A stretch of DNA of 64,000 nt from an uncultured Acidobacteriota bacterium (lineage in GTDB: Bacteria > Acidobacteriota > Terriglobia > Acidiferrales > UBA7541): contig CAVTTY010000013.1 in the NCBI GenBank assembly GCA_963737765.1, forward strand, positions 12,219 through 76,218, given 5' to 3'. Below, one piece after another: positions 17,952-29,478 of this stretch. Within the stretch, counting starts at the first letter, position 1; each line of letters begins with the position of its first letter. Both the position numbers and the translations under genes were made by a program. The notes beneath the pieces are model-generated. The model had not been told where the DNA came from. It did no database searches and saw nothing but the letters and a program-made list of their open reading frames with translations.

Positions 17952-20138
17952 GTGCGAATGGGGATTTCACAGAGGCGAAGGTGCGCGGCGGTGGTGCTAG
18001 TTTCTGGATTGCTGGTGGGTCCGGCTGTGCTGCGCGCGCAGGAAACCCACGCCATTCGCGGTTTCACCAAGCCACGGGTCGAGCCGGAACGGGAGCTAGA
18101 GCAGAAATTGCGCACGATTCCGGACCCGGCGCACGCGGAGAGCAATCTTCGTCACATCACCAGCGAACCGCACATGGCCGGGACCGAAGGGAGCCACCGG
18201 CTGGCCGAATGGCTGCGCGATCAATACCGCAACTACGGTTTCGACGCCGAAATCGTCACCTATAGCGCGTGGCTCGGGATGCCGCGGGAAGTGAGCCTGG
18301 AACTGGTCACGCCAGAAAAGAAAAAGCTGGCCACGCCGGAGCGTTCCTATGAAGTAGATAAAGACAGCGCGAACCCGAATGCCATAGGCGCGTTCAATGC
18401 GTTTTCGCCGTCGGGAGACGTCACCGCGCCAGTCGTCTACGTGAATTATGGAACGCAGGAAGACTATCGCGCGCTGGCGTCGATGGGCATCAGCGTAGAA
18501 GGCAAGATCGTGCTGGCACGTTATGGACGCTGTTATCGCGGCATCAAGACCAAGCTGGCCGAGGAGCACAAAGCCGTAGGCGTAGTGATCTATTCCGATC
18601 CGGGCGACGACGGTTACGCGCAAGGCGATGTGTTTCCCGCCGGCCCCTGGCGGCCGATGAGCGGGATCCAGCGCGGTTCGGTGGAATACACCGAAATTTA
18701 TCCGGGGGATCCGCTGACGTCCGGCGTAGGAGCGACGCGCGGAGCGAAGCGAGTGACTCCGGCGGAAGCGAAAAACCTGGCGCACATTCCGACGCTGCCA
18801 ATCAATGCGCAAGACGCCGCAGTGATTCTGGCGGACATGGGCGGAGCGCACGTTCCGCGTGGATGGCAGGGCGGCTTGCCGTTCACTTACCACATGGGAT
18901 CGGAGTACGCGACGCTGCGCATGAAGCTGGAGGTCGATTATCAGCAGCGCCCGATTTACGACGTGATGGCGAAGCTGCATGGCACGGCGGATAACGAATG
19001 GGTGATGCTCGGGAATCATCATGACGCCTGGGTGTTTGGCGCGGTGGATCCGGGTAGCGGAACCGCGGCGATGCTGGAAACCGCCCGGGCTCTAGGAGAG
19101 CTGGCCAAGACGGGCTGGAAACCGCGGCGCACGATCGTGATGTGCGAATGGGATGGCGAGGAGCCGGGGTTAATCGGCTCCACGGAATTGGTGGAAGCGA
19201 ATCTGGCCGAGCTGCAGGAAAAAGCCGTAGCGTACATCAATACCGACGTGGGCGTGGCGGGGCCGAATTTCAGCGGGTCGGGAACGCCGTCGCTGAAGGA
19301 ATTGATTCGCGATGCGGCGCGCGATGTGCCGGATCCGACGGGCGCGCGCAGCGTTTACGATGTGTGGCTGGAACATTCCAACAATTCCGAAGCGCAGTTC
19401 AACGGGGCGGCGCGCCTGACGGCGAAAGCGGAGCCGGCAGGAGATGCGCCGCTGGGCGACCTGGGTGCGGGTTCGGATTTTTGCGCATTTTTCGATCATG
19501 CCGGAATTCCCTCAATCGATATGGGATTCATCGGGGATTACGGCGTCTATCATTCGATCTACGACGATTTCTACTGGATGAAAACTTTCGGCGATCCGAC
19601 TTTTGCGTATCACGCGACCCTGGCGAAATTACTGGGTACGGTGACGCTGCGGCTGGATGAGGCCGACGTGCTGCCGTTCGACTATCCGGCGTATGCCTGG
19701 GAGATTTCGCGGGCGGCGAATGCGATGAGTTCGCGGGCGCAGGAAGCGGGGGTGGCCGGGGAAAAGCTGAAGGCGGTGGTCGAGGCGTCGTCACAGCTGA
19801 CGATGGCGGCGACCCACGCGTCGGCGGCGTTGCAGAGCGCGCACGGCTCGATCGCTCCGGCCGTGCAGGACAGAATCAACCGCGAATTGGTGGAGACGGA
19901 GCAGAGTTTGCTGAATCCGGCGGGATTGACCAACCGGCCGTGGTACAAGCACACCATCTATGCGCCGGGCAGTTATGCGGGATATGCGGCCGAACTGATG
20001 CCGGGATTGAGCGAGGCGCTGGACCGCATGGATCGCGCAGCGATCGATCGCGAGGCGGAAGCGTTGACTGCGGCTCTGCAGCGCGCGTCGGTGCGATTGG
20101 AGATGGTGGCGCGGCTGGTGGCTTCGCCCACGAAGTAG
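17952..20138 (+). CDS. M28-family peptidase, glutamate carboxypeptidase II (PSMA/NAALADase)-like with PA and TfR-like dimerisation domains
   Basis: Intact 728-aa ORF with signal peptide. GNHHDAWVFGAVDPGSGTAAMLE and CEWDGEEPGLIGSTE zinc-ligand regions. C-terminal helical dimerisation domain. Confidence 0.9.
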   Translation: MRMGISQRRRCAAVVLVSGLLVGPAVLRAQETHAIRGFTKPRVEPERELEQKLRTIPDPAHAESNLRHITSEPHMAGTEGSHRLAEWLRDQYRNYGFDAEIVTYSAWLGMPREVSLELVTPEKKKLATPERSYEVDKDSANPNAIGAFNAFSPSGDVTAPVVYVNYGTQEDYRALASMGISVEGKIVLARYGRCYRGIKTKLAEEHKAVGVVIYSDPGDDGYAQGDVFPAGPWRPMSGIQRGSVEYTEIYPGDPLTSGVGATRGAKRVTPAEAKNLAHIPTLPINAQDAAVILADMGGAHVPRGWQGGLPFTYHMGSEYATLRMKLEVDYQQRPIYDVMAKLHGTADNEWVMLGNHHDAWVFGAVDPGSGTAAMLETARALGELAKTGWKPRRTIVMCEWDGEEPGLIGSTELVEANLAELQEKAVAYINTDVGVAGPNFSGSGTPSLKELIRDAARDVPDPTGARSVYDVWLEHSNNSEAQFNGAARLTAKAEPAGDAPLGDLGAGSDFCAFFDHAGIPSIDMGFIGDYGVYHSIYDDFYWMKTFGDPTFAYHATLAKLLGTVTLRLDEADVLPFDYPAYAWEISRAANAMSSRAQEAGVAGEKLKAVVEASSQLTMAATHASAALQSAHGSIAPAVQDRINRELVETEQSLLNPAGLTNRPWYKHTIYAPGSYAGYAAELMPGLSEALDRMDRAAIDREAEALTAALQRASVRLEMVARLVASPTK

Positions 20139-20213
20139 GACCAGGTCGGCGCGCTTACTCAGGCTTCGCAGGGCGTTCGCGTTGCGGCGGGCGGCACGAT
20201 AGAATGGGGATTC

Positions 20214-20459
20214 ATGCGCATCCGCGTGCTGTTCTTCGGACAACTTAAGGAAATTACCGGCGTGGCGCAGGAAGAGGCGGAGCTTTCGGACGGCGCGAAG
20301 GTTGATGATTTGTTCGAGCGCTACGGGCGGCGATTTCCGAAGCTGGCGGAATTTCGCGGATCGATTGCGACGTCGGTGAATCAGGAATACGCGGATTGGC
20401 GCCAGCCGCTGGCCGCGGGCGATGAGGTGGCGTTCCTGCCGCCGGTGAGCGGAGGCTAG
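20214..20459 (+). CDS. moaD: Molybdopterin synthase sulfur-carrier subunit MoaD
   Basis: 81-aa ubiquitin-like ORF ending in GG (EVAFLPPVSGG*), immediately upstream of moaE. Confidence 0.85.
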   Translation: MRIRVLFFGQLKEITGVAQEEAELSDGAKVDDLFERYGRRFPKLAEFRGSIATSVNQEYADWRQPLAAGDEVAFLPPVSGG

Positions 20460-20461
20460 CG

Positions 20462-20932
20462 ATGGCGCACTCCGACGATATTTTTCTGCTGGTGCGCGAA
20501 CGCATCGATACCGAGGCGCTGGTGGCGAAATTGAAAGCGCCGGAAGATGGCGCGGTGGTGGTGTTCGACGGCTTCGTGCGCAACAACTTCAAGGGACAGC
20601 CAACACTCTATCTGGAATACGAATCATACGAAGCGATGGCCTACGCCAAGATTCGCGAGATTGGTGCCGAGATCCACCAGAAATTTCCGATCCATCGCGT
20701 GGGGATGGTGCACCGTCTGGGGCGGCTGGAGATTGGGGAGACCAGCGTGGTCATTGTGATTACGTCGGCGCATCGGGCGGCGGCGTTTGACGCCTGCCGC
20801 TATGCGATCGACACGCTGAAGCGCGTGGTGCCGATCTGGAAGAAGGAATATTTCGCGGGCGGCGCGGTGTGGGCCGAAGGCGAAAAGTCCTGGCAGGAAG
20901 CCATTTCGCGCCCCAAAGAATCGATCTCCTAG
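20462..20932 (+). CDS. moaE: Molybdopterin synthase catalytic subunit MoaE
   Basis: Intact 156-aa ORF. GAVVVFDGFVRN...HRVGMVHRLGRLEIGETSVVIVITSAHRAAAFDACRYAIDTLKRVVPIWKKE is characteristic of MoaE. Confidence 0.9.
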   Translation: MAHSDDIFLLVRERIDTEALVAKLKAPEDGAVVVFDGFVRNNFKGQPTLYLEYESYEAMAYAKIREIGAEIHQKFPIHRVGMVHRLGRLEIGETSVVIVITSAHRAAAFDACRYAIDTLKRVVPIWKKEYFAGGAVWAEGEKSWQEAISRPKESIS

Positions 20933-21916
20933 ATGAAATCGACGAAATCGACGGCATCGAACTATCGCGTGATGGCCTTGGTGCTGGCGGCGATTTACCT
21001 GCCGATTGACGCCATTGGACTGCTGGAAAAAGCCCACGCACAACCGCAAGCGGCCGCCGCGCAGAAACAAAAACAGGCCCATCCGTATTCAGACCGACCT
21101 GGTGAATATTTTGGCCAGCGTGATCGATGCGAATGGCGAGCCGGTGATCGGACTGCCGCAGACCGCATTTCAACTCTTCGAAGAAGATGTGGAGCAGAAG
21201 ATTGTGCGGTTTGAGCCGCAGACCAACCGGCCGTTGGACTTGGCGCTGCTGGTGGATACCAGCGGGTCGGCGACGATCGAATTGAAAATCGAGCGCGACG
21301 CGGCGGAACGATTCGTGAAGGAAGTGGTACGGCCGGACGACCGCGTGGCGGTTTTTTCGTTCACCAGCGAAGTGGTGCAGCTGTGCAATTTTTCGAGCGA
21401 CGCTAAAGTGCTGGAGAACGCGGTGCGGCGGGTAGATACCACGCCGGACATGGGGACCTCACTGTACGATGCGGTAGTGCTTGGGTTCGCAAGCGGTGAA
21501 GCGGCAGGGAGCGGACCGCCGGCGCGCGCTGGTGATCATCACGGATGCGGGCGAGACGACCAGCGTATCGAAGTTTGACGACGACGCGGCGGGCGGCGAT
21601 TGCTTCGGATGCGCTGCTGTATACGGTGGTGGTGCGGCCGATGAAATCGGATGCGGGCTGGAATACGGCGGGCGAGCACGCCATGGTGACGATCACGGAC
21701 AGCACCGGCGGCGCGATGTACTATCCATCCAACGTGAGCGAGCTGGACGGAATTTTCGATCGGATCAATCGCGAGCTGCGCACCCAATATTTGCTGGGCT
21801 ACTATCCGACGCCCCCGCCGCCGCCGGGTAGCACGCGGCACGTGGTGGTGACGGTGAATACCGGGGACAGGGTGCGGTATCGCAAGCAATATTTCACGGC
21901 GCCCGCGCCGAAGTGA
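20933..21916 (+). CDS. VWFA-domain protein (VWFA-related acidobacterial type; frameshifted)
   Basis: Signal/TM N-terminus. LDLALLVDTSGS MIDAS motif, ALVIITDAGET, and C-terminal ELRTQYLLGYYPTPPPPPGSTRHVVVTV...RYRKQYF. Pieces lie in three frames, with shifts near 21000, 21480 and 21590. Confidence 0.75.
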
Positions 21917-21937
21917 GCCGAGGGCACGTTTCACGAC

Positions 21938-22733
21938 ATGGAAAAATTCCTAAAGGTTGCGCTGGAAGCAGCACATGAGGCCGGGGCCGTGGTGCTGGCC
22001 GAACATAGCCGTCCGCAGAAAATCAGTTACAAGGGCGACGTGGATCTGGTGACGGAGACGGACAAACGTTCCGAGGCGCTGGTCGTGGGACGTTTGCGGC
22101 GGGAATTTCCGGAACATCGCATCGTGGCGGAAGAGGGGTCGGGCGGCGCGGCGGCGGCTTCGCGCTATGAATGGCACGTGGATCCGCTGGATGGGACGAC
22201 GAATTTCGCGCACGGGTATCCGTGTTTCGCGGTTTCGATTGGATTGCTGCTGGAGGGCGAGCCGATTGTCGGCGTGGTGTTCAATCCGGTGAGCGACGAA
22301 CTGTTTTCCGCGATGCGCGGGGCCGGCGCGTTTTTGAATGGCAAACCGATTCATGTTTCGGCGATCGACAAACTTTCGACGAGCTTGGTTGCGACCGGTT
22401 TTCCGACGCACAAACGCGGAGACAACGGGAACATTCATTACTATTGGCAATTCACGCTGCGGTCGCACGGAGTGCGGCGCGACGGTTCCGCGGCGCTCGA
22501 TTTGTGCTCGGTGGCTTGCGGGCGATTCGAGGCGTTCTGGGAATTTGGGTTGAAGTCGTGGGATACGGCGGCGGGAATTCTGGTGGTGCAGGAAGCGGGC
22601 GGGAAAGTTACGGATCTTATCCGGCGGAGCATATCGCGCGGGCGGGCCGGACATTCTGGTCTCGAACGGCCGGATTCACGACGAGATGCGGACCACTGCC
22701 GCGGAAATCGCGACAAAAACCACGAAGTTGTAG
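21938..22733 (+). CDS. suhB: Inositol monophosphatase family protein (SuhB-like; one frameshift near 22620)
   Basis: IVAEEG, WHVDPLDGTTNFAHGYPCFAVSIGL and WDTAAGILVVQEAGGKVTDL motifs. The tail ILVSNGRIHDEMRTTAAEIATKTTKL* is in another frame. Confidence 0.85.
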
Positions 22734-22827
22734 TTTCTTCTTTTGCACACCGCTCCGCGATGTTTCGGCCAGGATGGGCTTCATTGACTGGACCTTGGCG
22801 CGATGCTAGCTTGGCGTTCACCTCTGA

Positions 22828-24136
22828 ATGCGCGCAGTTGACATCATCCGCAAGAAACGCGACGGCGGGGAATTGTCCCGCGAAGAAATCGAATTTTTGA
22901 TTTCGGGCGCGACGCACGAGCGCGTTCCGGATTACCAGATGGCGGCGTTTTTGATGGCCGTGGTGTGGCGCGGGATGACGCGCGCGGAACTGGCGGCGCT
23001 GACGGAGTCCATGCTCGAATTCGGCGACGGTGCTGGATTGGTCGGATTTGCCGGCCGCGAAGGTGGACAAACATTCGACGGGCGGCGTCGGCGACAAGAC
23101 TTCGTTGGTCGATGGCGCCGGTTGTGGCCGCGGCGGGATTGTACGTGCCGATGATCAGCGGGCGCGGGCTGGGGCACACCGGCGGCACGCTGGATAAGCT
23201 CGAATCGATTCCTGGATTTAACGTGAATTTGCAGCTCGAAGCGTTCCGGCGCGTGCTGGCGCTTTCGCGGTGCGCGTTGATCGGGCAGACGCCGGAAATT
23301 GCTCCGGCAGATAAAAAGCTGTACGCGCTGCGCGACGTGACCGCGACAGTGGAAAGTCCCTACCTGATTACCGCATCAATCATGAGCAAAAAAATGGCAG
23401 AGGGGATCGATGCGCTGGTGCTGGACGTAAAGACCGGCGACGGCGCGTTCATGAAGAAACAGGAGGACGCGGAATATCTGGCGGAGCTGATGGTGGAAAC
23501 CGGCACGCGCATGGGCAAGAAAGTCGTCGCGCTGATTACGGATATGGAGCAGCCGCTGGGACGAAAAGTCGGCAACTGCGCTGGAAGTGGAGGAGTGCAT
23601 CGAGGTGCTGCACGGCGGCGGGCCGGCGGATCTGCGCGAGCTGTGCCTTGGAATTTCGGCGTGGATGTTTGTGCTGGGCGGGCGCACGAAAACAGTGAGC
23701 GAAGGGCGCGCGCTCGCGGCGGAAATGATTGCTTCGGGACGCGCGCGTGATACATTCCGCGAAGTCATCGACTTGCAGGGCGGCGAATCCGGCGTGGTGG
23801 ACGATCCGAGTCTGTTGCCGCACGCGCGGCATATCGCGCATTTGCCGGCGAAGCGCTCGGGGTACGTGACCGCGATTCGCTGCGAGCAGGTGGGCGTGGC
23901 GAGCATGATGCTGGGCGGCGGGCGCGAAAAAAAAGAAGATTCGGTCGATCCGGGCGTGGGACTGGTGCTGGAGAAAAAAATCGGCGACGCGGTGAAGGCC
24001 GGCGAAAATCTGTGCACCGTGCATTACAATCTCGGACAGCGCAAGCTGGTTCCGGCGCACGCGGCTGCTGGCGCAGAGTTTTGAAATCGGCGACAGAGCG
24101 CCCGCGCGCGACTGCCGCTTCGTGCTGAAAAATTGA
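22828..24136 (+). CDS. deoA: Thymidine/pyrimidine-nucleoside phosphorylase (frameshifted several times)
   Basis: MRAVDIIRKKRDGGELSREEIEFLI, PMISGRGLGHTGGTLDKLESIPGF, LYALRDVTATVES..LITASIMSKK and DPGVGLVLEKKIGDAVKAGENLCTVH lie in successive frames. Confidence 0.85.
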
Positions 24137-24203
24137 TTGGTGCCGACGGGATATTCTTAATCGGCATGGAACGGGTTCGGCGATTTAAGGAGAGTGGCTT
24201 CGA

Positions 24204-25442
24204 ATGCATCGTCTGGTGGGCGTGCTTGGCATGATCACGATGATGGGCGTTGGCGTACTTGTTTTCAACCAATCGCCGCGCGATCCGCTGCAAGACGGTG
24301 GCCTGGGGACTGGGCCTGCAGATTGTGTTTGCGTTTCTGGTGATGCGCTGGACAGTACGGGCGGCTGATTTTTCAGAAGGCCGGCGCGGCGGTGAACTGG
24401 GTTCTCGATTTTGCGTTCTACGGTTCGGAATTTGTTTTCGGCAACCTGGGCAAAAAAGGCTCGCCGATGGGATTTTTCTTCGCGTTCCAGGTGCTGCCCA
24501 CGATTATTTTTATCGCCGCGGTTTTTGCGCTGCTGTATTACTTCGGGGTGATGCAGTTCATCATCCGGCAAGCGGCGAAAATCATGACGCGGCTGATGGG
24601 CGCGAGCGGGGCGGAATCGCTGAACGTGGCCGCCAGCATTTTCATGGGGCAGACCGAAGCGCCGCTGACGATTCGTCCGTTTCTTCCGGAGGTGACGCAA
24701 TCCGAACTGATGACGATCATGACCAGCGGCATGGCGCACGTTTCCGGCGGGATGATGGCGGCGTACATCGCGTTACGGGATCGAGGCGAAGCATTTGCTG
24801 GCGGCGGTGATCATGACCGCGCCGGGAACGATTTTGCTTTCGAAAATGCTGGTGCCGGAAACGGAAGTGCCGGTAACGTCCGGACGGGTGGAGATGGCGC
24901 CGCTCGAGCGCGACACCAACGCGCTGGGGGCGATTTCGCGCGGGACGATTGATGGGTTGAACCTGGCGGTGAACGTGGGCGCGATGCTGATCACGTTCAT
25001 CGCGCTGATTTATCTGGTCGACGGAATGTTCGGCGCGATGCACAATTTTCTGTCGCGTCACGGGATTCCGTGGTTTCCCTCGAGCGTCGAGCAGATTTTC
25101 GGCTAGCTGTTCTCGCCGGTGGCCTGGGTGATCGGAATTCCGTGGAAGGATTGCCACACCATGGGAAATTTGCTGGGGTTGCGCATGGTGACGAACGAGC
25201 TGGTGGCGTTCCAGCGGCTGGCGCCGATGAAGGACGCGCTGGATCCGCGTTCGTTTACGATTGCGACGTTCGCGCTGTGCGGATTCGCGAATTTCAGCTC
25301 GATTGGGATTCAGATTGGCGGCATCGGCGCGCTGGCGCCGAATAAGAAGGCGGATCTGGCGCGGCTGGGGATTCGCGCGATGGCGGCGGGAACGATGGCG
25401 AACCTGATGTCGGCGTCGATCGTGGGGATCATGCTGAGATGA
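24204..25442 (+). CDS. nupC: NupC-family concentrative nucleoside transporter (frameshifted)
   Basis: AAGGAG SD and ATG at 24204. [72 protein letters not shown] and [25 protein letters not shown] are split over at least 4 frame segments. Confidence 0.85.
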
Positions 25443-26332
25443 GCGCGGTGGCTGCAGCGAAGAAGAAGCGGGCGACGCGGCGATCGCGTCGAATTCGCGC
25501 GAGGCCGAACGCGCGGCGAAATTTATTTTTTCGAAGACGAAGCTGCGGCCCGAAGATGGCGTTGGTGCTTGGGTTCCGGGCTCGGCGGATTCGCGGACGA
25601 ACTCACCGAGGCGACGCGCATTCCGTACGCGAAAATTCCAGGCTTTCGCGCAATCGACGGCGTTCGGCCACGCCGGGCGGCTGGTCATCGGCAAAGTCCG
25701 GACGACGTGGTCGTGGCCGCGATGCAGGGCCGCGTGCATCTCTACGAAGGATATTCGGCGGAGGAAGTTACGTTTCCGATGCGCGTGCTCGGGCGCGCTG
25801 GGAATCCGCTCCGCTGATGCTCACCAACGCGGCCGGCGGGAATCAATACCGGAGTACTCAGCAGGGCGCGCTGGTGGTGATGCGCGACCATATCAATTTG
25901 CAGGGCACGAATCCGCTGATCGGCGCGAACGACGAGCGCTTTGGCCCGCGCTTTCCGGATATGACGACAGGCCTATTGGCGCCGTATCCGCGAAATCGCA
26001 GCTGAAGAAGCGAGGCGCTTGGGGATGGAAATGCACGAAGGCGTGTACGCGGCGCGTCACGGGCCCAAGCTATGAGACGCCCGCGGAAATTCGCTATCTG
26101 CGCACGATTGGCGCGGACCTGGTGGGGATGTCCACGGTGCCGGAAGTGATTGTGGCGCGGCACATGGGAATTCGCGTGCTGGGGATTTCCTGCGTCACAA
26201 ACATGGCGGCGGGAATTCTGGACCAGCCGATCAATCACGAAGAAGTGATGGAGACCGGCGCAGCGGGTGAAGACGCAGTTCATGGCGCTGCTCCGCGCGG
26301 TGATGCCGCGGATTGCCGGCGCGACGAATTAG
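25439..26332 (+). CDS. punA: Purine nucleoside phosphorylase, trimeric PNP/MTAP family (heavily frameshifted)
   Basis: [96 protein letters not shown] and the tail [17 protein letters not shown] can be followed only by repeated frame changes. Confidence 0.8.
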
Positions 26333-26375
26333 CGCACAAGGCGGCAGCGGATGGCGGGAATTCCATGAGCGAATC

Positions 26376-26762
26376 ATGAAGGATTGATTATCGGCGGCCA
26401 AGCAGGCGCGAGAGAATGCCTGCGCGCCGATTTTCGAATTTCCGGGTGGGCGCGGCGGTGCGCGCGAAGTCCGGGCGCATCTATACCGGCTGCAACATCG
26501 AAAACGCCACGCTGGGGCTGACGATTTGCGCCGAACGCGTGGCGATTTTCAAAGCCATGTCCGAAGGCGAGCGCGGACTTCGACGCGATCGCGGTGGTCA
26601 CGGACGTGGACCGGCTGACGCCGCCGTGCGGAGCGTGCCGGCAGATCATCTGGGAATTCTGCGGCGACATTCCGGTGCTGCTGGCGAATCTCGAGGGAAA
26701 AGTAGAAAAGGAAACATCGGCTGGAGTTGCTGCCGCGGCAATTTGATTCTTCGTTTTTGTAA
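26376..26762 (+). CDS. cdd: Cytidine deaminase (frameshifted)
   Basis: [46 protein letters not shown] (CAE zinc motif), then DAIAVVTD...[13 protein letters not shown] (PCGxCRQ motif) and ELLPRQF* in other frames. Confidence 0.8.
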
Positions 26763-26972
26763 GTCGCCGCAAGTCAAAGGCAGCCGATGCAGATAAAACC
26801 TAAGTTCTCAACACAAAGGGACATGAATATCGGGAGTTCACCCATGTGACCTTCGTCGACATTGACGCATCGGCCAGATCGCTTTCATTTTGCCTTTATC
26901 TGTGTTTAGCGGTGTTCATCTTGGCTTTTTGTTTGCTGTCCCGGCGCCCAGCAGCTGCGAAGAGAAGGTCGA

Positions 26973-28298
26973 TTGCTGGTCACCAACGGAACAGTGGTCA
27001 CCATGGACGCGAAGCGGCGGGTGATCGAGGACGGCGCGGTGGCGGTGCGCGGAGATTCGATTGTCGCAGTGGGCCCGAGCGCCGAGATTGCCGCGCAATA
27101 CGACGCGGCGAAGGTGATCGATGCGCACGGCGCGATCGTGATGCCCGGGCTGATCAACGGGCACGCCCACGCGGCGATGAGCCTGTTCCGCGGCATCGCG
27201 GACGATCTCGCGCTCGACGAGTGGCTGCACAAATACATTTTCCCCGCCGAAGCGCGAAACGTCACGGAAGATTTCGTCGCCTGGGGCACGCGGCTGGGCA
27301 TGCTGGAAATGATGCGCGGCGGAACCACGACTTACGCCGACATGTATTACTTCGAGGATGCGGTCGCGCGCGTCACGAAAGAAGCCGGGATGCGCGGCGT
27401 GTTGGGCGAGACGATCATCGATTTTCCCGCGCCGGACAACAAAACGGTGGCGCAGGCCTGCGCATACACCCAGAAATACATCGATCACTGGAAAAACGAT
27501 CCGCTGATCGTCGCGGCCGTGGCGCCGCACTCGATGTACACCTGCTCGGAAAAAACTTTGCAGGACGCGGCGGCGCTCGGCGCGAAGAAATCACGCGCCG
27601 ATCCTGATTCACATCGCCGAAGCGCCATTTGAATTGCAGCAGAGCCGCGAGAAGTACGGGCTCACGCCGGTGGCCTACCTGGCGCGCGCAGGCGTTCTGG
27701 GGCCGGACGTGACTGGTGCGCATTGCGTCTGGGTGGATCAGGCGGACATCGCGACGTTAGTGCAATACGGCGTGGGATGCACCAACAATCCTTCGAGCAA
27801 CATGAAAACCGCCGCGGGCGTCTCGCCGGTGGTGGATATGCTGGCGGCGGGCGAGGCCGATCGGCCTGGCGACGGACGGCGCGGCGAGCAACAACAACCA
27901 GGACATGTTCGAGGAAATGGACCTCGCGGCGAAGCTGCAGAAAATCACGCGGATGGATTCGCGCGCGCTTCCGGCGGAGCAAGTGGTGGCAGATGGCGAC
28001 GATCAGCGGGGCGCGGGCGCTGCATATGGAGAAGTTGATCGGGTCGCTGGAAACGGGGAAAAAGGCGGATTTGATTATGGTGGATACGACCGCGCCGCAT
28101 GCCACGCCGATGTACAACGTCTATTCGCAGCTGGTTTATGCGTTGAAGGCGAGCGACGTGCGGACCGTCGTGATCGGCGGGAAGATCGTGATGGAAGATC
28201 GCAAGATGTTCACGCTGGACGAGCCGGCGATATTGGCGAAGGCGAACGAGTACAAAGCGCAGATTGAGAAGTCGCTGCAGACTCCTGCTGCGAAGTAA
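26973..28298 (+). CDS. Amidohydrolase-superfamily nucleoside/nucleobase deaminase (MtaD / TRZ-ATZ-like; frameshifted)
   Basis: LLVTNGTVVTMD...VMPGLINGHAHAAMSLFRGIADDL (HxH metal motif), PILIHIAE, GAHCVWV, IGLATDGAASNNNQDMF and ADLIMVD are spread over four frame segments. A hydrophobic N-terminal leader may lie upstream (26846 frame). Confidence 0.8.
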
Positions 28299-28389
28299 AT
28301 GATATAACCGCAAAATCTCAACTGCGAAAGATTTAACACCGAGAACACAGAGAAAAAACGAGGGCATGGAGACGGGTGGGCGGCGCGAT

Positions 28390-29478
28390 TTATTCTGGAG
28401 GGCGGGCCATGTTGCGCTGGCGCTGGAGTTTTTGGGCGGAGGAGCGCAGGGTTTCGGGCACGTTTTTATTTCCGGCGAGTTGCTTGAGGTCTGCAGGGAT
28501 CAGGCGCGGCAGCAGGTGCAGGGTGATGTCGATCGGCGACTTGGGATTTTTGGCCAAGTTTTTCAGTACGATGTAGCTCTTCATAAAAGCACGGTTCTTC
28601 GCAATATTCCGCAGCACTTCCTGGGAAACGTTGGCCATCGACGCAAAATTTTCCACCTCTAAATCGGTCAGCCGCGGAGATTGCAGCACGGCGCGCTGCA
28701 CGATTTTATTCGGGTCGCGGATCAGCAGGCCGCGTTCTTCGCGGCCGCCTTTCACTGCCAATTGAATACGCTGCACGACATTCATGCTGCCGAGGCGCTG
28801 CAGCAAGGTTTTGCGTTTCTGTACGTCCGGCACAGCTTCGGCGGCGGTGTCTTCGATTTCCTGCGTTTTGAGCGGCACGTTCGTTTGAATCTCCCCGAGG
28901 AGATCCTGCTGTTCGGGCGTCGCAGAGGTGGAGACAGCCAGCTTGGTGCCGAGTTCGGGATCGGAACTGAGCCGGTCAAGATTGTCGAGCAGAGCCTGGA
29001 TGCCTTCGCTGCTCAGGCAGGCGCTGACGCGGGTGACCACCGCCGGAGGGCAGGCAATGTTTTTGGCGAGGGCGTCGGCCACGCCGGGCTGTTCGCAAAG
29101 ATATTCCGCGCAGTAAGAATAAGTACGGGGATCAGCGTCGGTACGGGCGAGCGCGGCGATAAACGACGCCAGGGGTTGGGTGCTGATGCAATCATGGGCG
29201 GCTTCGGCGATGGACGGAGAATCGTCCATGGAGAGGATGGCGAGCATCTCGGCGAAATCCGCGGGAGGCAACGCCAGAGAACCGGAAACGATGTCGATTT
29301 TTTGTTCCGGCGTCGCATGTCCGGCACGAACCGCGGCGCGCAGGTCGGCGCTAATGGGAGGCTCCCGGAGGAGAAGGCAAATCTTTTTGGGTGAGCGTGA
29401 TGGCGCCAGGTTGGCCGGGCTGGCCGGGGAGCACGACCATTTTTCCATTGAGATCGAGTAAGACGGCTGACGCTTCAC
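28390..29478 (-). CDS. Hypothetical helical-repeat (HEAT/LRV-like) protein downstream of rodZ
   Basis: Maximal ORF of 362 aa. Its first 42 codons overlap rodZ out of frame, so the real start is probably at or below 29350 (first ATG at 29247). The C-terminal half has repeated motifs (IVQRAVLQSPRLTDLEV..., VLKNLAKNPKSPIDITL...). No family recognised with certainty. Confidence 0.5.
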   Translation of the reverse strand: MKRQPSYSISMEKWSCSPASPANLAPSRSPKKICLLLREPPISADLRAAVRAGHATPEQKIDIVSGSLALPPADFAEMLAILSMDDSPSIAEAAHDCISTQPLASFIAALARTDADPRTYSYCAEYLCEQPGVADALAKNIACPPAVVTRVSACLSSEGIQALLDNLDRLSSDPELGTKLAVSTSATPEQQDLLGEIQTNVPLKTQEIEDTAAEAVPDVQKRKTLLQRLGSMNVVQRIQLAVKGGREERGLLIRDPNKIVQRAVLQSPRLTDLEVENFASMANVSQEVLRNIAKNRAFMKSYIVLKNLAKNPKSPIDITLHLLPRLIPADLKQLAGNKNVPETLRSSAQKLQRQRNMARPPE

